This document shows, in pieces, positions 1 through 11,618 of a DNA stretch of 64,000 bases. Numbering within the stretch: position 1 is the stretch's first letter; each line of letters begins with the position of its first letter. The translations under genes and the position numbers were made by a program. Under the pieces are notes generated by a model. That model did not search any database. It saw only the letters and a program-made list of their open reading frames with translations, and was not told the DNA's origin. The stretch is from Cercozoa sp. M6MM (taxonomy: Eukaryota > Protista > Endomyxa: Ascetosporea), in NCBI GenBank assembly GCA_040357565.1, contig JBDODJ010000014.1; one strand, 5' to 3'.

Positions 1-3000
1 AGGTGCTGTTTCTGCTCTCAGGGGTGTGTCCGATCAGTCGACAGGGTCGCCAGCAGAGAGTTCCTCCGAAAGTCCTCGTGCCTTTGTTGTCGAATCCATC
101 GATGATCATCAGTGGACGGAGGATGGCTCGGTCGAGGTAGCGCCCTCGACATTGTTATGCACACCTTCCCTTGTGCTTGGCAGTCACCGCCCGCTTTTTT
201 AAACTGTAGGTGTTTGTGCGTTGGGCGGGATACTCGCTGGACGAACGAACCTGGGAACCGCTGAACGAAGAAAACCGCAAGCTGCTCGTCTATCGTGACT
301 ACTACAATTCTCGTGCTGTGCTTTCCCTCTCTTTTGCTTGTTCTTTTGGTGGACACCTTGAGAGTTTTCCTTCTTGGTAGAAACTCGACGTCAGACCACT
401 GCCGGAGCCTCTCACCCCGGACGAGGTTGACGACCTCGAGGAACTCCAAGACCTGGACAAGACCATCGAGGCAGTTTCCGTGGAGGCAACAGACGACGAC
501 AAGACCATTGACGCCACGACCGTCGAAGCCACCGAAGACGAAGAAACCACTGTCACCTCCTTGAAGCAACAAGAACGACCAGTGCTGCTGCCCGTCGCTG
601 TGTCGAAAAAACGCACACCAAAGAAGCGAACACCAAAAAAAGTCACCCCGAAAAAGCTCATGCCAGAGAAGACGGTTTCAGAAAAGGTCACGCCGAAGAA
701 GATCACACCAAAGAAGATCACGCCGGAAAAGACTGCCGAAACACGACAAATGCCCAAGCCGCAAAAACCGGTGGCCGAAGTGAAGAAACGACCGCGCGGA
801 AGGCCACGCAAGAATGCCGTCGCCGCCGTTGAGACGGCGAAGCCAAAGGCGCCCGCGCTGCGCGAACCTGAGCAAAAGCGTCGAAAGGTACAGCTCCAGT
901 TGGCTCTTTGTGTTGTCTGTGTCTGTTGTCTCACTTGCTTTCATGTCCGCAGACACACCGAAAGACGAGTTTCCTGACGAACATCAAGTCCTTCCGGTGT
1001 GTCTCGCTCTACGGCATTGTTGTGTTTGTGTGTGACTCAACGTGTGCAGGCAAGCCAGAGGCAAGACAGTGGCGGCCAACTGCAAGCAATACGTAGACTG
1101 TTCTTCCTGGCTTGCTTGTAAATCTTGTATAGCGTCTCTCTCTTTGCACAGTTACGTGACTCTATCGCACTGAAACGTCGACGCGCCTCACAACTGCGCG
1201 GTCACCGCGTAGCCATGAACATTCCCGGCGCAGTCTTTGGACCCGACGTTGGTACAGTTTTGTTGCTGTGCTTTCGGTGTTGTCTGTGGGTTGATTCAGT
1301 TGCTTTGTGTGTCTTGAATCGACTTGTCACAGGCCTGTCCATCCGAAGCGAGATCATGGCGGTGGCATACGACACGATGTGCGTGCTTAAGCGCTGCAGG
1401 AAGATCTGTACACAAGTTGTCCTTCTTATGGTAGTGTCATATGTATTGTTTGTTGATTTCTGTGTGTTTGTCGGCGCAGTGGAGGACCGGAAAAGGTTGC
1501 CGAACGAGCCAACGAAACGCAACTTTGTGTGGATGCTGATGGAGGTGCTTGAAGTGCTGCGGCGTGCGATCGACGTAGCCTCTGCACACACTCGCCCGCC
1601 TTGCTTTACCCCCACCTCACCCTCTTGTCTCTAGGTGGCAAGACGCACACAGTCGAACTTTGACCGAGTTCAGAACTTTGGCCTGCTGCACCAGTTTCTG
1701 GCCGTCTGCATCGTGCTTAATCGTATCCTGAGGGTTTTCTGTCTGACGGGGAGGGTACGGGGTAGAAGTGTCGATCGCATGCACCCTCAGACCTGTCGAT
1801 GCCGAAGTGCGAGGTCGTGCACCAGATCCAACAGGAAGAGCTGGTGACTCAAATGTTCGGCGAGCCGGCCAAGTACGAGCACTTGGTGCATCTGGCAGGT
1901 ACCTTTGCATACATGCACTATATCTATCTATATACTTATATATATATACTTATATATATATATTTTTTCAACTTTTTGTATACTGTGTCTACTCAGAGTC
2001 GGTGGTGTGCGCCGTGTCGATGGTGCAGCTGCTGGACGCGCTGAAGTGGCTGGACGTGCGCAAGCAGCTGTATGAGCTAAGCATGGACTTGAGTCTCAAG
2101 AATCTGCGCAACCTGCTGCCGCGCGGACGAACTCGCATGTGCCCTCTGCTTAGCCCTACCTGAGGTGGTGGCTAGTACAAAGCGTGTGCACATGTGAACA
2201 GACAAGCCGCAGTGCGCGAGTGTATTTTGTCGACCATGGCGATCCAGAGGTACTCTCCTTGCTGCTGTTGTTGTTGCCTTGCAAGTACACTGAGGGTGTA
2301 ATTGCAGCAATCAAGTGCGACTCCCCCTGTGTGTGATGGAACTGGATGACCTCAAGCAGTCGTTCGGCTTTTGCGTGCCCGAGTATAGCTACGGCGACCT
2401 TATCGACAGCGACGATGACGACGACCAGTCTGACGACTCGTCCTCTGAGTCGTCCGATGATGACTCGGATAGCAACAGCAGAATGAGCAGTCTGAGTGAC
2501 TCAAACGCTGCCGCTCTTGTCCAGTCGCTGATGATGGACTCGCCTGTCCCTGTCATGCAGTACTCGGTCCGTCTGTGCATCCTTCTGTGTTTATGTGTTC
2601 TCTCTCTCTTATTCAGTGTGCCTGCAGGGTCAGAACGAAAGATGTCGCAACGCAAACGTGTTTCGCTCAATTTTGGTGCCGTTTGTTGTCTTCCTTCCCT
2701 ATGTGTGGTGGTTTGATGTCTACACAATGTCACAGAGCAAGAAAATATACGTCTACACTTTCGGCAAACGGAAATCGGACGCAAACAAGCTCATTCGACT
2801 GTCGCTGGTGCGAACCTTTTCCACCATGATTCCCACATAGTAGCTTCCCTCTTACCCTTCTCCTTGCAGCCGTTCAACGACGAGGACTTTTTCGACATGG
2901 CTCGCGCACTTGCGGCCGATAGGGTACTGCGCGCATGTCTCGTTGTGTGCCTTTATTGTGCGTATGTCTTTTCTTTGTCTATGTCACTATATTATTGTGG

Positions 3001-3276
3001 ATTGTTTATCACGTGTTCACATGCAGAGAGAGCTAGGCCCGTTGGCAGTTGCCATTCTGCAGAACGCGAAACTGCGCGAGGAACTCGAACTTACGGGTTC
3101 GTTTCGACCCAGTGTCGCTGGAGGTGTCCTTTGCTTTCCTACCGAAGATATGTCTTGGCAGAGGAGGAGTGCCAGGTGGCATTGAGGCGGCACCAGTCGC
3201 ACGGCGTTCCGCTGAGCGGTTTTCAGGTTTCAGTCGCTCTGGCTGCCGTGCCTCTGAGTGTACTATTTCACCTATC

Positions 3277-3337
<61 letters not shown>

Positions 3338-3357
3338 NNNNNNNNNNCACGTCTCTG

Positions 3358-3388
<31 letters not shown>

Positions 3389-5525
3389 GTTTTTGGATTG
3401 AATGCAGCCTCCTGCGTCGGCCAACCAGCGTGTTGCCATCGTATCGCAGCAACATGGTACTTTTGTACTCCTTCGTCTTGTTTTGTACTGCCACCGGTGT
3501 TTGCAGTTCAAGGCGTCACACACAGCGAAGACAACGGCGTCGAGAACAGTGCGCGAATCGTACGTGTCCTCTTGTGCGTGTGCGTGTGCGTGTGTGTGTG
3601 TCTGCGTGTGTGTGTTGAAGCATACGTGAAAGCCTGTCTCTCTGCAGACGCGACTGATGCCGGCGATGCGCAAGCTCGCAGATCGCGCGCACGGCCGCTT
3701 TGAACTGCACGTATCAGATCGCGAGGCCTCGGACGAGCAGATGAAGTACGTGCACGACGACGCCTACGTCGAACACCTGCCCAAGAGTACAGTCAAGTCT
3801 ACTTTAATATGGCTCCTATCCCCTTATAACTATACTACAGTCTGGTGGCTGGGCGGCTATGACGAAAAGAAGAACAGCAAGGAGGAGTCCGAGTGGACGG
3901 AGCGCGTCAAGGCACTCATCGGCGACAGAGAAGTCCGGGAGGGCGAGATGCCCACTGTTGACCAGGTCGTCCGCTGCATTCGCAATGTAGTTTACCCCCA
4001 ATCCCTCTATGCCTTGTGTCTTACCTATCAACCTTCTCCCATTTGGCAGGGTGCCGGTGCTGCCCTCGATGCACTCGACCTCGTGTGTCGCGACAAAGTT
4101 CGCAGGGCTTTTGGTAGCTTTGCTTTGTTGCCTGAGCTAGAGAAGAAGGCAGTATAAGGAATGGTCTGATGCAGCTTGCATTCGACCACCTGGACACCAC
4201 TGCGGTCGTTCGAGAATCTCATCTACCGAGCATGGCTGTATCCTTTCCTCCTTTAATCAATTTATCCTTTACCCTCTTACCCACTATGTTCTCATCCCTT
4301 CTCCCAGTCTGCTACGTAAACAACGCGGCACTAGTGGCTCGTTACGCTCAACTCACCTACGAGAATGTATGACAGTACTACTCGGGGCGGTTATGTCTCT
4401 ATGAGTGTGTCTTGCGTAGGTGAGGAAAGTCGCCATCATCGACATCGACGCGCACCACGGCGATGTAGGGCTTGCCTTGTCCTCTATACCCATCTGTGTC
4501 CGCTGTCCTCTACCTCGCACCCATGTACTCTCCAGGGCACGGAAGAGATTTTCGAGGACGATCCGACCGTGCTGACGTTCTCGCTGCACCTGTCGGAACG
4601 TGCCACTCCCGTGAGGAAAAACCGCCTGGCCGATTTTTCGTTCAACCGGAACTGCGCGGCACTGCGGGTAGTCTCTTTACCCCCCACTTACCCCCTCCCC
4701 ACACTGCCACCTTTTTGCACAGTCCAAGAGAGAGTACAAGTACTGCGACACGGACCCGTCGTCACAGGTGCCGCCGAAACGACGCGTGCAGGACTGGCAG
4801 CCCGTGTGGAACGCCTTCTTTCCGTTCAAGTACCTTCTCTGCCCTCTGTGTATGGTGTAGATGCTGTAGGTAAACACTAAACCTACCTGGATTGTACACA
4901 GAGAGAACACGGTGTCACTCAACGATCGCTCACGCAACGCCGTGGTCGAACTCGACGTCTACACCGAGCCTGAGCAGTTTGTAAATTTGCACCTTTCCAT
5001 CTGGGTATCCTTGCCTTATCCCACACCCACCCTTGGTAGTCGGAGCAGTGGATGACACGCTTCCGCGCGGAAATACTGCCGGCCACGCGGCAGTGCGCGC
5101 CCGACCTCATTGTGATCTCCCTCGGTCTGGACGCGCGTCGGCACGATGACGTAACCGAGGAAGCTCTTGGGTACTTATTTCTACCCTTTTAACCCCTGCC
5201 TTTTACGCCTACCTTTACCCCTCTTCTTCCTGGTAGTGAGCGTGGTCTAGAACCGAAGCATTACGCCAGTATGGTGGCTTCACTGTGCGCCGTGGCACAG
5301 GTGCCTTGTTGTTAGACTGAACTCTTTGTCTGGCATGTATGTGTTTTTTTGTAGGACGTGTGTGACGGCAAGGTTCTCATGGTGCTTGAGGGAGGCTACG
5401 GCGAGGTAGCCTTCTCTGCTCATAGGTTGCTTGGCCATGTAGTTACTTGCTTTCTTTTCCCGAGACAGGAAGGCATCGTGGAGTGCGCCGAGGCCGCCGT
5501 TCTCGCACTGGCCGTGCACGATTGA
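1..5525 (+). CDS. Chromodomain + TPKK repeats + AT-hook + class II-like histone deacetylase, one spliced gene (~32 introns, 5' end outside window)
   Basis: Manual GT-AG splicing keeps one frame from the chromodomain (AFVVESIDDHQW..VE|VFVRWAGYSLDERTWEPL, ~75-275) through KKRTPKK repeats and KRPRGRPRK to HDAC motifs ACIRPPGHH, GFCYVNN, IDIDAHHGDGTEEIF, PDLIVISLGLDA and VLEGGY. Stop TGA at 5523-5525. Confidence 0.85.
3279..3337. repeat. (CA)n microsatellite in an intron, followed by a 10-N gap and (CT)n/(AT)n
   Basis: Directly visible. Confidence 0.95.
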
Positions 5526-5903
5526 CAATGTTCACGTTCACTTTGCTGTAGTTTCCGTCTGATTCAGATTCTGCGCGTACTGTACATAGAGTATCGTTAG
5601 GTTCCCCCGTTGTTACTGGGGCTTAATGGCCGATGGTAATTGAGTTGGCGTAAAGAGAAGAAGAAGAGATCAGATTCCCTGGTCGAGAGAGCCCTTCTTT
5701 GAGTTCAGCTGCAAAAAGCTTGCTCAAGGCTTCCCTACTCAAACACAGGTGTTCCACAGTCTGGACTGAAGCTCAGTAGGTCATGATACCAGCGAACACA
5801 TTTCAATATCTTCCACACCTCTCTTGAGGATTTTTGTAAGTTGCAGGGTTGCTTCCGCGAGGATAATGATGTTCGTTTTTACAGTGGTCTGTCTCTCTTT
5901 GTG

Positions 5904-8900
5904 TTACAGCATGAACCAGTTTGACAAGTCGACGCGACACAACGTAGGATGATGTGGGTGTTGATCGACGTCGTCGTTCAGTTCTTGTTGACTAAGTCAA
6001 GTCATTTCGCGTTGGAACTGAAGGTGACGAACAATTTTTAACTGTTCTCGGACCAGGCTTTGCCCAGGGCCGCTGCGTCTGCTACTTCTTGAAAGGACGA
6101 ACGCTTACAAAAAGAAAGACACCGTACGCCCATGCGCTTCGCTTAGTCGAGTCTTGTATGTACCATGCGCTTGTTACCCACCCCAGGATTGGTACACAGG
6201 GAACTCCTGGTTTCTCAGCAGACGGAACTACTAGAACTACTAGTACACTGACAGGAAACCGGCGTGAAACTGGTGCCGTGGGATCTGTTCACGAGCTGAA
6301 CTGTGACAGGAAGGCGTCTGTGGAGGCATCGTCGGACTCGGCACCACCGTCACGGTGTCCATCGGTAGGTTGCGGAAAACTCACGTGCACGTAGTCGTCA
6401 GCGACACCGTCGTCGAGTCGCACGGCCCGGTCAAACCTGTCAACCACCGAGTCTGCACACAATACCAAGACAGGTAAGGAACATGCCCAACAACCCACAA
6501 TCAAAAGCAGAGGGGAGGAGTACTGGAGGCGAGCACTTCGAAACTCCGCGGACGCGTCGCAACGTCGAACGAATCCTCCGGCGTTCTTCGCGGCTTGCTG
6601 TGTGTTACATATCAAGGTCAGTTTTGGGTCCTAGGGGGGGGGGGGGGTCAGCTGATACCTTGATCGGAACTCGGTAATATCAGCGAACGATGGCGATTTC
6701 GCACGATGCTGCTAGGGGGTAAGGGGGCGGAAGTAAGAAGTAAGAGAGGGGGTAAGATAGAGGCTACCACGCGTTTCTTGAGACTGCGTTTCGACTGCGC
6801 TCGTCCACCCGACACCAGACGGCACCTCCTGTGGTCACACACGAACAAGGTAGGTCGTAGGTAGCAGTAGGAGGCAGTAGTGACAGTAAAGGGTAGGGCA
6901 GGAGCAGGGAGGGAGTACTGCCAGCGGTCTTTGGACAGGTTGAAGTCGACACGCAACACGGAGCAGTTGTCGATTTTGGCCACGTCCTTTGGCTACGATT
7001 AAGGGTGCAACATTTGGGAAATTAAAGGGGTGCAACACGGAGATTAAGAGAGTGCAACAAGGTTAAAGGGGTGTCGACACAGGGAGGAAATTAAGGGGCA
7101 GGAGAGCGAGACTACATCGGTGTGCGTGAGTCGTGCCTCGACGTACTTGAAGAAAGAGCTGTGTCCGACCTGTACTCTCCAACACAACCTTGTTCATAGA
7201 CAGTACACCAAGGTAGTAGACAGATAGTATTGCAGGTACGCAGACGATGCTCTGCCGCGACGCGATCAGTTCGCGCCGCATCACCGACAGAAACTTGTCT
7301 CTATGGGGGGGGGGGTAAGATGGGAGCAGGGGGTAGAGGTATGAAAGGTTGAGGGTAAGGGTAGGGGGTAGGAGTGGGATAAAGCGTACATTCTGCGCTG
7401 CAGCGAGGTTTGCGATTCCTTCTGCGTCACTGGGTGCTTGGGCGGCCACCCTACACAAGAATGTGAGTACCGACCATACACATATATGACAACAACAGCA
7501 CTACAGTGCTCCGGATCCATGCCGTTCTGCGCACTCTCGTCGCTCTCAATGTCGCTGCTCTGTCGGGGGAGGGGTGANNNNNNNNNNNNNNNNNNNNNNN
7601 NNNNNNNNNNNNNNNNNNNNNNNNNNNNNNNNNNNNNNNNNNNNNNNNNNNNNNNNNNNNNNNNNNNNNNNNNNNNNGGGGGGGGAACAGCAGCACACCG
7701 TGGTAGGAGATGCCGCACGACTCAAAAAGTGCGTCTCAAAGTCGCAGTGCTGCCTGTTGAGCACGGGGGAGGGAGAGGGGTAAAAGAAGGATACAGGGGG
7801 GGGGGGGGGTTATTTCAGACAGGTACAGGATGTGCCGCATCGAGTAGAGTCGACTCAGCTGCGAGTATGGCGTGCCGACGTCGCCGATCGACGTGCGCAT
7901 CTCGCCCATCCTACGCACGGTCCAGTTGTACGGTCCAGTTCCATGGTCCAGTTGTACAGTCTCGTCCATTTTGGACAGTGCAAAACCCCCTTAAACACAA
8001 GGTACTCTGGCAGCACAATGAAGCGACGCAACTTCTCGTTGGAATCACTCGGACTCTTCTTGGGCGTTTCACTCCTAGAAAAATGAAGTACATGGATGTG
8101 GGTAAATGGCAAAAGATACAAGTGATCTGGCGTGCCGATCAGCACTTCGTAGGCCGTCTGAAGTGCCCGACAGAAGGGCGACACAAACACCTGTGTGCTT
8201 GCCGAAGCGATCAATCATGACAGACTTGACACCTTGGGAGACCGGGAGTTACCTTGCACAGCGAGTCAGTGCTTGGAGGCCAGTCGGCAGTCTCTTCATC
8301 TGAACTCTCTCTGGGGGGGGGGGTAAAGGAGCAGGGGAGCAAAAGACAAAGGTACAGCTGCTGCATCCACTGGTGTCGGAGTGCCGTGGCTACAGCCCAG
8401 CCATCCGGATCGCTCAGGTGCGGATCACTGACCCACTTGTGCACCTGAATCTTGCCTGTCCAAGCAAAGATATGACACAACTTGACCCCTTTGCCCGAGG
8501 ACTGTGGCTAACCTAGCAAGTTGTTGATCGACGGTGCGTGCCGAATGAGAAAAAGCGAGGCGACCTTGTCTCTGGGATCGTCATTTTGGACCTCGTGACT
8601 GGCCTAAGCGACAGCTCACACCTCAAACACATTGTGCGCTCTACTGGCACTCGGTTAACCTCAAGATACCGTAAAAGGCCGAATAGATACTGTTATGTCA
8701 TTAAGGGTGTCGACCAGGGCGAAAAACGCGCTTTCGTTTTCGATCGCGTAGACTCGTTCCTGTAGTACACAAAGCTGGTGTTTTCTCGTTTCTGAATAGA
8801 TCTCTGAGCCGACAGCAGCATACCACTTCTGCGGGTCGGGGACTGTTGCTGCGTGGCGAAGAATTCGGCCGCTCGAAAATGCCGCCTTCGGACGCAGGAT

Positions 8901-9450
8901 CCGTGATCAATCATGCTGCGTAGTCACGCAAAGCAGTGTTACCAGTGTCGATCACGTGCAGTTCTTGGGTAAGATCATCGAACAATAAGGTCAAACAGGA
9001 GCTACTGACGTCCTGGTGGTCCTGCAAGAGTGACACAAATCATTCCACTTAGCAAATACAACAAAGACAGCGATGTCCTGCAGTAGAATGACGACACTAC
9101 CAAGGGAAATAAATAGTCGCGCTGCAGTCGCGACGAACGCGAGATGCGCAGCACGTGCCTCACCGACTGGGAGCAACAGTGTATTGGCATACATACTGTG
9201 CAGTGCGACCAGTCGGTCCAATGACTCAGGCAACTGGGCACGATACCAATTCGGTGGTATGCCTCTCGACACTGAGGACACGCGTGTCTCCGCTCGCGTC
9301 CGGTCGAGTGGCACTTACTCGCGTTAGCACATCCTACAACATAACTCTCTGCTCAGGCGACCCCCATCCGTAGCACGTGACCACCTTCAGTTTTGGAAAA
9401 CAAACCACATCAACTTTTCGACGCGCTAACTTCTGCACAAACCTCTCCAT
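5904..9450 (-). CDS. Histidine phosphatase superfamily (phosphoglycerate mutase-like) protein, multi-exon
   Basis: Minus-strand exons give LFLIRHAPSINN (RHG/A motif), DPHLSDPDG, FVSPFCRALQTA, IVC|VGHSSFF (second His) and IDNCSV. Start (MERFVQK) and stop (...NWFML*) are tentative. Confidence 0.75.
7578..7677. other. Assembly gap (100 N) flanked by G tracts
   Basis: Run of N inside a G-rich intron. Confidence 1.
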
Positions 9451-9623
9451 ACTACATACACGCGTTGGACGACGGCAAAACTGTGACACAAGGTTTCCTG
9501 CCTGGCAGCCGTGATCCCAAAGATAGCCCACAATTTAGTTAAAGGTTCGATACAAATACTGATCGGGCCTCAGAACGAGCTACACACACTCTAATAGTGT
9601 CGTATCAGTGTGGCGAACCTGAT

Positions 9624-11286
9624 ATGACACTCCAAAAGGCAAAATCATCAGCTGCGCGAAAGCTGGCGGCGAAACGCCGTGGTGAGTCCGCACGGAAGCT
9701 CGCCGTGAAAAAGCAGCAGCCACAGTCGGAGCAATCAAAGAAACCAGCCGAGAACAGCAGCACCGATGAACCGAAAGACAGCGCCGTGGTGGCGAAGTAC
9801 TTGAACAAGAAGGAGGCGCGCAAGCATGCCGCCAAGGCACGACAGAAGCGTCAACAGAAGCAGGTGCTTTTTGTACCTCTGTTGCGTCGTCTGTTCTTTT
9901 GATTATCGGGATTTTTCAGGAGCGACGTGCTGCCCGGAAGAAGGAACGAAAGGAGGCGCGCAAACTGGCGCGACAGCAGCAGCAGCAGCACTCTGAGCCG
10001 AACGAGCCAAACGAGCCGGTGGATGATCCGCGTCCGAAAGGTGAGCCGACATGACTTGTTTTCTTCTTCCCTTTTGATCACTCACAAACTTTTTTGCACA
10101 GTGCTGATTCGACTGAAGAAGAAGGTATCATGCACACCGCTTGTCTTGCTTGTCTGGATACTTGTCTAACACCCCCTTAAACACAGAGTCCAGAAAGCGA
10201 GCGCAGTGCCGACTTTGACGAAACTGTTGTTGCCATGGTTTACCCGCTCTCTCTGGTTCCCTTGTGCCTAGAATACGTGCTAACCTTGTCTTCTCCATCT
10301 GCAGGACTGCGAGTTCGTCGGTGTCGGTCCGCTTGGCGCCACGGACGCTCTGGCGCGCGCTTCGGTACCCACCCCCTCTCCCCGTGACCCCCCCGGGGGC
10401 CCCCCCCCCCTGTCGTTCAGGTGGTCGACTACGACGGCCGCGTGCTGTACGACTCGTACTGCCGTCCTCCCGAGGCGGTACCTGGCCCCACATGTGCCAC
10501 GTGTGACCCATGTGGGTGATGTGACCCTTGTGACCACACAGGTCGTGGACTTCCGCACGGAGGTGAGCGGCGTCACACCGCGTCACCTGAAGAAGGCGCC
10601 GTCCTTCAAGCAGGTGCAGCGCGAGGTTCAGAAGGTCTTGCAGGACAAGGTACCGTTATACCGTACGACCGGACGTGCCCCGTGTCGTGTGGATCCCATG
10701 CCTGTGTGTACTGTGACTCAGGTGGTCGTGGGTCATGGTCTGTCCAGCGACTACTCGGCACTCATGCTGACCCGAGATCGACTCAAGATTCGCGTATCTT
10801 TCTTCTTCATAATCCCACCTACCCTTGACCCTTGAGAGTTGACATGCGACAGGACACGTCGTTGTATTCGGGTCTGAGGGACCCGGCTCACCCCAGAAGG
10901 GTACCCAAACTGGCGCACCTGGCGCACAAGCACCTCGGCATCACCATTCAGCAGGTATATCTCCACCCAACAACGAAAGCTAGCTACCTGGAGTGACTGT
11001 ACACTCACGAGTGTCTTATTTGTGCTCCTGCAGGGCACGCACTGCAGTATCCAAGACGCGCGTGCCGCTCTCGGTCTATACAAGCTGCACCGCAAGCAGG
11101 TAGCACACTGCTAACTGAGTAAGTGGGGCAGGGGGACTTATATCTTGTTTGCGGCTTATCTTGTTTGCGGCTCAGTGGGACGCCGAGTTGCGCCGCCGCC
11201 TGCAGATGCGTCAGAACAAGATCAAGAAGCGCCGCGGCCAGACGCACAAGATGTTCGAACTGACCGACCAAGAGCTTTATGGCTAA
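9624..11286 (+). CDS. REXO4: RNA exonuclease 4 (DEDDh 3'-5' exonuclease, REX4/REXO4)
   Basis: Basic N-terminus, then DCEFVGVGP, ARASVVDYDGRVLYDSYCRP, VVDFRTEVSGV, VVGHGLSSD, IRDTSLY, HCSIQDARAALGLY. Stop TAA at 11284-11286. Confidence 0.9.
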
Positions 11287-11618
11287 CTGGGGATCTCACT
11301 GGTCGAGATTGCTTTATCGTCATTTATTTCTCGTTGGTCTGGCTTCGTTCCTCGTCGAATGATAGTGCGCCATAGTGGAATTCAAGCTATGGCTGAAAAC
11401 CAAAGAAAACCATGCAGCCGCATTAAGAATTTCCTCTCGTCGTCATTTCTTTCTTGTTGGCCAAGTGGGCGCGAAACAATCATTCTAATTTGTGCGTGCT
11501 GAGGTTGCTCTTGGTGCAAGTACTTAGGTTTTAGGGACGCGTGGGTGAGCAGGCACATTGCTGCGCTCAAAAATTAGGAGCCACGTGCTACGTGCACCGT
11601 GCAATACAATTTGCAGCG

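Noticed and set aside
5526-5903. Extra small gene between the HDAC and phosphatase stops
   Set aside because: Only short frames with no motif; more simply convergent 3' UTRs, although the phosphatase could end further left.
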